A stretch of DNA of 64,000 nucleotides, taken from the human T2T-CHM13v2.0 reference genome, Homo sapiens. The stretch lies in NCBI RefSeq assembly GCF_009914755.1, contig NC_060932.1. The stretch is one strand, 5' to 3'. Shown in pieces: positions 53,331-64,000 of this stretch; position 1 is the first letter of the stretch, and every line of letters begins with the position of its first letter. Position numbers and translations under genes: made by a program. Below the pieces are notes generated by a model that worked only from the letters and a program-made list of their open reading frames with translations, did no database searches and was not told the origin of the DNA.

Positions 53331-54127
53331 AAGTGAATAGTTTTAGCTACAGCTGCTGTCACATGGGAAAGTTACTACTGTCTTGGTTGGAATGGTGGGT
53401 GGGGATGGGTGGGTAGAGAGTGTTGAAAGATTTGGAGTGGGGTGAGAAGGCTTCCAGGGCACAAAGTTGGAAGTAACTCTTCTCACACTGGAAAAACCTT
53501 CATGGGTAAGGCTAAACATATTGCCAAGATAGGGGGCTCCTGCTTGGAAAATCACTGGGTCCCCACCAAGAGCAATTGTGATGCTGCTATGGAGTGTGGT
53601 TCAGATTGAGATAGCTGTGAAGCTTGGGCTTCAAGGATGAACTTGAAGACCCAGTCTCCAGCCCTTCTTCTGCCTTCAGATTTCTCCTCCACACCTGTAG
53701 TTTACTATATTTTAAGCATTGGTATGTAATCTTCATATTTAGAATTTGTTATATCTATATTCTCTTGAGGGTCTAGTATTTAGAGCCTGTGACTGTTCCT
53801 CCCTGCAGATCAATCCAGAGATTTTGGAGAAGATAAAATATTGCAGGAAGAAAATATTTTAATTCATGATCTTGAGGATCTCAAGGGAAAGATGTGTCTG
53901 ATATTAACAAAGAGGGCTTGTTCTCATACAGTAATGTCTTTGGCCAAAATACAGAATGAAGGAAGAGAAGCAAACACTTCCTGTTGTGCAGCTCAAGCTA
54001 CTATATGCTTTTGAGGACTCCTACATCACATTCTTTTGGTACCATCATTCAATTCTCCATATTAAAGAAATTTCAAAAAGTGTTAGTTTTCAACATTTGG
54101 TTATCTTTGGATTTCTGGCAACAGTGA

Positions 54128-54543
<416 letters not shown>

Positions 54544-55356
54544 TAGGGATATGATGGTGATCCAATATCTATTGGTCTTCTTGTCCATCCATTTTGTCCC
54601 TTCCTGGAGAGATGGAGAGGGCTATCTGCTTTTAGCACAAACTTGTCAATTCTCTTAGGAAAGGCTCAATTAGCAAAGGTGATTTCCTCATTGTCTATTG
54701 GAGGCAGCTCCTCTGCTGAACTGCTGCTCCCCAAAGAGCAATAGCAGCATTTCAGCTGATTTAGGCATGATTGATGGAGACTGTGAGGTCTCACCTGTCA
54801 GTTCATTGTATCAGTAAGATTGAGCTTTCCTTTGGGGTGTCCAAGACAGTGGATGCAGCACAGATCTCCCACCCTTTTCCATGAAGAAGAAACACCATAT
54901 TCAATATTCCAGAATCCCCTGTTTCATTATCTCACGGTCCTCGGAGACCTAGGATTTCAAATTTAAGTTTGTCCTGTACATGAAGGTAAAAACCTAGCAC
55001 AATGTACATAGGGTGATACTTTCCTAAAAAGCAAAACAAATGAACAAAAAAACTATATGTTTTCAACAAAACAGTGGAAATTAAAAATTTAAAAACAGAA
55101 AAATAAATCTATGTGTAGGCTATAATACAAATATAAACCAGAACCTACCTTTAATAGAGAAGCCCTTTGCCCGAGGGCTTTCTCTGATCACAAGGGCATT
55201 CTCATCTCATGGACAAGGAAGGCTGGAAAAGCTTGGGAAGAAAATAGATGAGGAGGAAAATAGAATTAATACTCTGACATTCTCAACCCTCAGGTGGGAT
55301 TACCCTGAGTAGTGCTCTGTATAGCCTTCCAGAGGTCCCTTAGCAGTGTAAAATGT

Positions 55357-55388
55357 ACACACACACATACACACACACACACACACAC
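55357..55388. repeat. (CA)n microsatellite
   Basis: Direct inspection; one interruption. Confidence 0.9.
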
Positions 55389-55598
55389 GCCTCTAACAAG
55401 ATTCCTATAAAGATTAAATGCAATAAAATATATGCAAAGTGTCTAGTGCAAAGTAGGTGCCTAATATGCATCCTTACTATTCTTCATTTTAGGAGTTTTC
55501 AGTGATACAGATGATCTATCCATTACTTTTCCAGCCACTGGTAATCTCTATTCAGACCCAATTTTTCACACACAATAAATACTTAGAAATATATAGAT

Positions 55599-55767
55599 CA
55601 GTGTTTCTCAAAATATGGTTGAGAAACCACTAGCATCAGAATCACTTATGGAGCTTATTGAAAGAGAAATGTCTAGGTTCCACTAAATTAGAGTCTTTGA
55701 GGATGGGCTCAGGAATGTGCATTTCATGAGAAGCAATTATTTGTGTAAAGCTAGGGAAAATTGCCTG
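55599..55767 (+). mobile_element. MER5A DNA transposon
   Basis: 'cagtgtttctcaaa...agcatcagaatcactt...gggctcaggaatgtgcattt'. Confidence 0.75.
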
Positions 55768-55869
55768 GGAGGGCTGAGACAGGACTCCTCATCTTTCACC
55801 ATTGGTAGGAGTCAAACACAAGGGAGAATAGACTGAGGATCTGGCTTGAGACTTTGCCAACTGAAAAAT

Positions 55870-56125
55870 CATTGCTGTTAAGAGTCTGGGCTTTGAAGCT
55901 AGAAACACTTGAGTCAAAATACTGGCTTTGTCACTTACTTGCTATTGAATCTTGAGCAGGTTACTTACTCATTGTAAGTCTCAGTTTCCTCTTATGTAAG
56001 ATATGAGTAACAATGGTAAACACCTCAGAGGATTTGGAAATGATTAAAAGAGATAATAATGCAGGTACTTTATAAAGCCTGGCACTTGGCACAGAGTGAA
56101 TGACTGCTAAACATCCATCTTTATC
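55870..56125 (+). mobile_element. MIR SINE, near full length
   Basis: 'gttaagagtctgggctttgaagctaga...cttgagcaggttactta...tctcagtttcctcttatgtaa...gattaaaagagataat'. Confidence 0.8.
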
Positions 56126-56709
56126 ACCACTGTCATCTGATTGCAGGAAAGCCCTGGAAGTATATGAGTAATAAAGTATTTATTGAAAACTCCCAAAAGT
56201 TAAACTGTGGAATGGTGGGCTCCTCGGTGGGACAAGACAGCCAGAAAATAAATCTTAGATTTAAAATTGGGGTGCCATAAAATTTACTATCCAACTACAC
56301 CATTTATATCCAGGATAATTGCTAAAACCAATGGAATGCTTGGAATAGCTGAAATCTGAGATTTGCGCAGGCAAAACAGAATATGGTGTCACTTGATTCA
56401 TAATCTGACCTCCACACTGCAGAGAACTTGTCTTCAAATGGAAAAATACCAGCATTGCACAGTCTGTCACTTTCTGCTGGCATCTAAGTAAAGGTCATCT
56501 CTATATGCCCCCAACTGTAGAAAAAATCAGAGCTATAACTATGCTTTCTATATTGGTGTTCAATAAATTACTTTGTTGTTTAGCAGGCTGTATTTTCCAG
56601 GAAAAGTTCCTTTATAGGTTTGTGTCCTATGTAATTATTAAAATTATAAAAATACTGTGTTAACATGTTGTAACTTAGTTTCTGTAGTTGGAAGTGCAAG
56701 TACAAGGCA

Positions 56710-56930
56710 GAGGAGAACCATAAGTAAAGATTTACAATAGTTAGATTATGTGGCTTTTATTCTGGTGTCATCACAGCTGGCTGTGTGATCACAGGGAAAT
56801 CACTAAGCTTTGCTGTGTTTTACAACTCCATCATCTGCAAAACAAGAAAAATGCCACCTGTACTAAGTCCCTCAGAGACTGGTAATAAGATCAAATGTCA
56901 GAGTAAGTGCTTTGAAAAAGTATGACAAAA
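56710..56930 (+). mobile_element. MIR SINE
   Basis: 'gctgtgtgatcacagggaaatcact...tcatctgcaaaa...gatcaaatg...gtaagtgctttg'. Confidence 0.6.
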
Positions 56931-58699
56931 GAACGTTTATTTTTAGTAAAGAATGGAGACTCACTTCTTAAACAGTGAGCACCCATATCTCCTCTTAAGC
57001 CACCAAGTAGAATTGAAAGAGGCAATGTGTAATTATAACAAAGCTCAAAAGATCTGGTCTCCTGGGCCTCATCTTCCTCACCCTCCCATTGTTGTGGCAG
57101 GTGATTAATCATCAGGCTTCTTGACTTCTCTCTTTGCTGGCTGTCCACCCTAGGGTCATAGCCACTTTTCAAATCCTTCTTTGGGCTTTGCAGCTATGCA
57201 GGGCAAAAAGCCTTCCCTGGTGTTAGGGCATGCCAAAGCTGAACCTGGAACCACCATTAGCCTAATTGACAGCACAGCATTCCCCTGGGGAGAAGAGTGA
57301 TAATCTAGCTATTTATCTTGTCTGTAGTTTTATCACCACTGTGCTAAGGCAGAGATGCTGAAATATAAAAATGAGGTAATGCACATTCTTCCCAGACTAT
57401 GTGCTATTAAAGCCAGGTTGGGGGTCAGAAGAATAAACGGGGAGCATCTGGAATTGTGGTCCTCTCTGTTGCTGCTTAATATCTCAAGTGGCCTTGGAGT
57501 AAGGGGCTGCTCATGAGGGCACTAAAGGACATCTCATTGTAATTGGGAGCAGGCTGGAGCTGTGTGGCCACTGCTACCCATGGAGTGGCTGCCTGCAAGC
57601 GGCTAGACTGCTGCTTTTCTGCAAGGCAGGAGAGGCCCATTAGAAACATGAAGGGGCAGTTTAATTCTGCAACAAGATGTGTACAAATGTCTGCCTCCTA
57701 TTGAAACCCATGCAACAGCTTCCAAAGTTAATTAAAAGCTAATTTTCTAATGAGGTGGCAACATTGGCAACAACATGCTATCAGTATGACAGCTACAGCC
57801 AGCAGCCGGTAAGGGAACAGGCAACCTCCCTCTTACAGGATGGAAGATCCTACCTGCATCCATTAATTAGTCTCCAGCTGTATTGTTTTAATGCTAGCCA
57901 CTAGTATAGACGGTTATAAAAATCATAAATTGCTTTGGCATTGCCACGGTATTGTCGATACTTATTTTACAGCAGGGCTATTTCTAGGCGTAACATCTCA
58001 GGCAATGAAACCCACTCCTGGAAATATTAAATCTAGGGGTAATGCCATGGACACTCCGTTAGGTCAAGTGCCATGGACATTTTAATCCTTTTGGCAATTG
58101 TTAATTGTAAGCCAGATTTGCAATTAGCTTTAATAAATAGAGAGAAAGTGCCTTAAATTAACCGCACGTATGTTGGTTTTGCCTCTTGTTTCAATTTCAA
58201 ACACATAGTCAAGCAAGATGACTCTTGGTCATTGTCTTAATGATATGGGTCTCCTGGCCATAGTCAGAATGTGCCAGACACCTGTGGCCATTCCTAGGCA
58301 TTCTTCACAGGGAGTGTATAATGATGTCATGCAACTAGATGCTGAGCATCACCAAGAAACAACAATACACATTACTATAGAAACTCCAAGATTCTGGATA
58401 CTTAGGAGATAGCTTGTTTGTTAAATTCTATCAGTAAATAGTTTGACGAACTATTTAGAGTCTCTAAGATAATCTAAAAAATTGAATAAAACTTTATCAT
58501 ATAGTCATTTAATGGTAAGCAGAAAGCAGAAAAATACTCTTCTTTTTTGTCATATATTCTCTTTCTCATAGTCTCTCTTTTAGATTCTGCCTCATCTCTT
58601 CATTCATTCATATTCTCTCAATATCATTTTTTTCACTGTTTCTTTTTACTCTTGCTGTCTTATACTCATATTCTAGTGCTCTCTAGAGTTCTCTGAAGC

Positions 58700-58998
58700 A
58701 TAGAATATGGTTTTAAAGCTACATGGTTATCAATTCATTGAAACTTCAGGAAATCCCACCCCACCATTTCACTGGACAACATTGAGTCATATGCCCACAT
58801 TCAAGCCAATTACCAGAAAGGGGAATGAGACCATATAGTTTGCTCAAAGTAATGAAGACTGCAGCTAGAACTGGCCTGACCACCCCAGAAACAATGGCTA
58901 TAGGGAGGAGTATGGATAAACACCTGGATAAACTTTGGGTTCTGTTTGGCAGGATAAAGGGGAAGATGCCTGCTGGAGGATTATAAGTGTCTGCTACA
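58700..58998 (-). mobile_element. MLT1J/K-like MaLR LTR
   Basis: 'ttgagtcatatgcccacattcaagccaattac...ttgggttctgtt...agtgtctgctaca'. Confidence 0.6.
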
Positions 58999-59204
58999 GA
59001 ATTATAAGTAGTTTTTAGGGTATGGCAAACAAAGAGGGGAGAAGAATCTGAAAAATACTGTCAGGATTGTTCCCAGAAAATAAGATGACTAAAGTTGGGC
59101 CCTCTAGAGAGGAAGGAAGTAGGGTTCCATGTTCTGTGATACTAAGATCTGCACGTGTTAGCAGGTGTGAGCAGAACTGAGGTCTTAGGAGGAGGAAGCA
59201 TCAC

Positions 59205-59815
59205 ATATCATTCATTCTTTAACAAATGTTTGTTGAGTGCCTGTTAGTGTCTGGCACTACAGATAGAGTATTAAATAGGACAAAGTAATTACTCTCAGAA
59301 AACTTTTTCTCTAGTGGGGGAAAGAGATGAAAGGCAAATTAAACATATAAATGAAGTCATTTTAGATTGTGAAGAAACTCAGACTAATATAGCAGAGTTC
59401 TTGGCTTAGGACAGAAGCAGTTAACATTAGCTAGGTTTGTCAAGGAAGGCATCTCTGAGGAAGTTATGACAAAAATGAAGTAGTAATGGGAATTTTCAAT
59501 GAGCTAAATATCCGCTACAAGTGACAATCAGCTAAAAGGCACGTTCCAGAAAATTCCTTACTTGACTTGCGCTGGTTTTACTTGACTTGTGCTTTCTTTA
59601 CTTGTGCTTCATTTCTGAAGTGATAATTTAATAACTGTGATTAAGAATCATTACTAAGGACATACAGTCTGCTACAATTTTGTTTAAGTTATTGATTCAT
59701 TCAATAAATATTCATTAAGTACCTACTGTGTGCCAGGCATTATCCTGGTCAAGTGGTAAGGAACAACATTAACAAAACCAAGGACATTCCTGCTCTAGGG
59801 GAGCTGACATTCCCA
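59205..59815 (-). mobile_element. Two L2 3'-end fragments
   Basis: 'tcattcattctttaacaaatgtttgttgagtgcct' (~59208) and 'ttcattcaataaatattcattaagtacctactgtgtgccaggca' (~59696). Confidence 0.7.
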
Positions 59816-60329
59816 TCAAATTCATCATAAACCCATTATAAAATTCATCATCAAACCCATCATCAAACCCATTATAAAACAAGCAAACCAACAATGAGAT
59901 AGATGCTAAGCACATTTGCAGAGAACACTAGCTTAGAGATATTAGCTACCTTGAATTACATTACAGTTCAAAGTACTGAATTTTTAAGTTATGCACACTG
60001 CCTTAAATAAACCAATAATACAAAACAACTGTGGTAGAAATTCAGGCAGTAACTAAATCTGATGAAGGTAGTCTTCAAAATATTCAGAGTGAAGACTTAC
60101 GTGAAACATGAATTTATAGGTGCATTATTCCAGGGAGAAAAGCCCAGAGTATTCATGAGATTTTCAAACGGGTTTGTTAATTCAAAATGTATCCAGAATC
60201 ACCAATTTAGAAGTTACATATACCCCCCAAAGGGAGCTTTCAAGCAGATTTCAATGCAAAAGGGAATATTAAAGAAGAGTACATACCAAGAAAGTAGCAG
60301 TGATTTCTAAAGAATACCATCAGTGACTC

Positions 60330-60950
60330 TAAGCCCCCAAATGTATTGAGGTGGGTGAAAATTCCTAAAGACAAATATTAAAAAGTTTTAGTTGTTTATG
60401 TTCCAAATAAGAGAAAGGTCAGGGAGGGAAGGTCCAGGTTTACCTGTTGCTGAGGTCCAGTTGTATAACACTGACAGACAATAAGTAGAAAACCAATCTG
60501 ATAAGGCCCCTTGAGTTTTCTGCTTTCGTTATCAAGGAGAATCATCTTCATATAGGAAAGGCAGGAAAAATGCTGGTAAAAGGAAGTTGAAGCCCTAAGT
60601 TTATAAGAAAACTGTAAGAATTTGTCTGCCTCAATTGTCTCTTAGCGTTTATATATTACTTATTTAGAACTTTAGGAAACTTAATCAGTTTATCCGTCTA
60701 CCCTTGGTATTCTTAAGAAATCATGAAGAATTCAAGTTTTGGAAGACTAGAGGTAGGTAAACTTAGTCTTGACATACAAAAGCAGGTCAGAGAACTTGAC
60801 TCCAGGCAAGAGTTTAGAATGGACTATTTAAAATATATTTTGTGAGTACTTAAAATGAAGTCAACTTTGTTTAACAAAAACCTATCTTGGGCTCATTTTC
60901 TTTTGAGATAATGTTTCTCAAAGAAAACATTATGGAAATGCAGTAAACTA
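60330..60950 (+). mobile_element. L3/CR1 ORF2 relic
   Basis: 'atcaaggagaatcatcttca...ggaaaggcagg...ggaagttgaagccctaag...aactgtaaga'. Confidence 0.5.
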
Positions 60951-61119
60951 TACTACATACCACACTGTGTTTAATAAATTCTCTATTTGGGAACATTTAT
61001 TTTTTTTTCTAGAGCATAGTACAGCATGACCTTAGACGTTAAATATAAAAACTGGCAAACTAAATGGAAATAGTACGACCTACTCAAATATATCTCTTAC
61101 TAAAAGAGCAATTTAGAGC

Positions 61120-61375
61120 TAAATAAGTGTAGTTAAAAAAATCTGGCTCTAGAGTCAGACATTTTTATTTGGCAACCAAGATCCATTACTTCTAGAATAC
61201 GATGTTGAAAAAAATTATCTAAGCTTTAGATTCCTCAAAGTAAATTGGGTATAACAATATTATCTATTTTCTGTGGTTCTGTGAGGATCAAAGAAAATGA
61301 TACACTTAAAGTGTTTACCAGTGGGCCTAGGGTGACAGAGTGCTCAATAAATGATAGCTTTTGTTGCTATTATTA
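61120..61375 (+). mobile_element. MIR SINE
   Basis: 'ggctctagagtcagac...tgtgaggatcaaagaaaatgatacacttaaagtg...tgctcaataaatgatagc'. Confidence 0.7.
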
Positions 61376-61959
61376 TTCCTTGCTAATTAAACATAGTGGT
61401 TTTGGTAGTTGTAAACCTAAGCAATGCTCAAGGAAAAGGGGCCAATATAATAGCATAATAAATTTAAAAACTGTTAAAGAAATTATCATATGAAGAATAT
61501 TAGTAACAAGCCCTAATCTTCTCACATGTTAATATAATGCTCCATTAAAATCATATTAATAATCATTAATGTTAATTTTATTTCAGAGTGAGCCCTGCCA
61601 AAGTAGTCAGAGAACTGTGAAGTCATGCATAATGAATGCCTAAAACATTATAAAATCATGTGAAAAAACAGTATTGATGCACACATAAATGGCTCACTGA
61701 AAATAATGAAGAAAACACAACCACTATAATTTGCATATTTTGGTGCCCAGTTAGAGCTGTGGAAAAGTACTTCCCCATGAATCTGTGCTGTACCCACCAT
61801 TCACTGGGATGCCTCGTCAAGCACCATGCACCCAACCAGACAAGAAATTCGTTTTTCAGTCCTTAATTTGGGAGTGTGCTAGGCAGTTCTGGAGGCTGCT
61901 AACTAAACGACCATTTCCTAGTGACTAGTACTGTGCTATGGTAATATGAGGCACATTCC

Positions 61960-62990
61960 TATTTATTTATTCTTTATTCAGTCCACTGACTGAGTTCCAG
62001 CTACAATACAATGACAATCTAGGAAAGAAAAAATTAGACATGGAGTCAGCCCATGGAAAGATAGCAGGCTACATAAATAATTCTAATGCTTAATGGGCTG
62101 TGGAAAGTGCCTTATGAAAGGTACAGCTGAAATACTCTGATGAGAAAGAGAAAATGTAATTACGGTTGAGTCTTGAAGCACCAATACTAGAGATCTGTGA
62201 CTGAGTAGCTAGTGACAATAGAGAAGGAACCTAGAAAGTAGGCACAGAATGATCCAAGAGCAGAGAGGGGAATCATAGGTGAGCATCAGGGAATAGAGGA
62301 GGCTAATTAGATTGGGACTAGGGGTTCATGTAGATAAGACTTTGAGGAGCTAGAAGAGGACCTCAGACTGAACCCTAAGAACCACTGAATTTTAGGGCCA
62401 AAGAGAAACAAAGGGAGGCCACAGAGGAGGCTGTAAAGAATCAGAAAAGAAAGTGAAAAGGTAGGAAAACATGGTATGACAGAAGCCAAAAGAAGGAAAG
62501 GTATCAAGTAGAAGACAGTTTCAAACAGTATCAAATGCCAGAGACAAGCAAAGTAAGAACTGAAAAGTGTCCATTGAATTGGGCATTTAGGAGATTATTA
62601 GTAAGCTCAGCTAGAGCAGATGTGGTGGAGATGTAAGAATATAAGCATAAATACAATAGATCAGGAATGAAAGGAAGGTGAAAAGGAGATATAGTGAATG
62701 GAGATGAAACTTAATAGAGAATGTGACATTCGGTTAGAAGAGAAGACAGAAATGGTAGCATTCAAGGCCTGAAATAAGATGCTCACAGTAAGGAAGAATA
62801 CGGAAGGATTCAAAAGTGAGCACAGATGTGAAATGGACAGGATGTGAAGCCACCATAGATTGGCATTTGGCTGAGAGGGAAGGAAGAGGAATTGTGTAGG
62901 TTTTTACAGAAAGATGTGCCATTGATAGAAGTAGAAAATTTTAGAAGATGAAGAGAACAAAGAAAGAAAGTAATGGAGTCTTCTTTGGAT
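61960..62990 (-). mobile_element. L2 LINE
   Basis: 'gactgaaccctaagaaccactgaatttta', 'tcaaatgccagaga...actgaaaagtgtccattgaattgggca'. Confidence 0.7.
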
Positions 62991-63479
62991 GATCTCAATC
63001 TGAGGTCCTTTTGAATCTTATTTTCTAGATCAATGGTATCTAAAGTAGAGATTATGCATCTTCAGGCATTCAATATATTCTCTGCTCATTGACAGCTCTG
63101 CAGTGCAGTTTATGTGCTACAATATTGCATGTGGCTAATTTTGTAAAAATTAGAATCTTTATAATACATTTAATGAAACTAGAGTTATCATAAAAATCTT
63201 TTTACAATGCAGAATTACAGAGGTTATCTTGTAATATAGTAGTTAAAAGAGTGGTAAAACAAGAGATGTCACATAAAACTTAAGAGATGTCCTGGGCTTA
63301 ATTTGCTGATTTTTAAAACTTTTTCATAGGACTTCTCTATTTTTACTCATTTCCCAGATTTCTTCAAATTTTATGGCTGAAAATGTCACCTTATATGACT
63401 CCCAAATTTGCATTTCCAGCCTGGACTCCTCCCCAAATCTCAAGTCTTAGATATTCAACCATCTATTCAACATCTCTAC

Positions 63480-63920
63480 TTTAATCAACTAACAAGTATT
63501 CTTTGAGCACTTACTGTATGCCAGGCACTAGTTTTAGCACTTTGAACACAACAGTAACCAGACAGGAATCTCTGCTCCTGTGGATCTTTCATTACAGTGG
63601 AGGGAAACTGAAAATAGACAATATGCATAATAACTAAGCAGAATAGATGGGATGTTCAAAAGTGATAATCATTGAGTAGTAGAGAGGTGGCAAGTGGCTT
63701 AGAAGTGCTCTGGCAGGACCGGGGGCACCAGGTTGAAATATTAAATAGGGTAGTTAGGGTGGTACCTCAATAAAGAAGGTGACATTTGAAGAAAGATTAG
63801 AAAGAGGTGAAAGAGTGTGTAGTATAGAAGAGTCATTGTAAAGCCCCTGAGGTCAAAGCATATCTGGAGAAATCAAGAGAAGTCTGAATTATGGCTGTGG
63901 CAGAGTAAGTGGGGCAAATG
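63480..63920 (-). mobile_element. L2a 3' region
   Basis: 'ttgagcacttactgtatgccaggcact' and 'agaaggtgacatttgaagaaagattagaa'. Confidence 0.75.
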
Positions 63921-64000
63921 GAAATGCTGATTTCCCCCTTGTCTGTCTTCTTTTTCTAAATAGCACTTCTCACCACCTGGAATAAAATGTGTGTTATATT

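Noticed and set aside
59558-59880. CRISPR-like repeat-spacer array
   Set aside because: There are only 2-3 short degenerate units, no regular unique spacers, and the context is eukaryotic with no cas genes.

Overview
AT-rich, CpG-poor primate genomic DNA (human or a close relative, judged from AluY/AluS/AluJ, L1PA, THE1/MST and MER39 content). It is intronic or intergenic. I cannot support any protein-coding gene, functional RNA gene, CpG island or CRISPR-like system, and the supplied ORFs are spurious or repeat-derived. Much of the window is recognisable transposable-element fossils. Repeat names come from recalled consensus sequences, so subfamilies and old-repeat boundaries are approximate. 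I found no new biological system. Four things stand out. (1) Five short local duplications (37-230 bp, copied from 0.5-2.3 kb away, two inverted), including one inside a young L1 and one inside an ERV1 LTR. (2) An L1PA with both a twin-priming 5' inversion and a ~90 bp 3' transduction inside one target-site duplication (TSD). (3) A tight cluster of CACCTGTCAG (MEIS/TGIF plus E-box) motifs at 30.8-31.4 kb that looks like an enhancer. (4) Repeat-poor, homeodomain-site-rich segments that may be conserved regulatory DNA.
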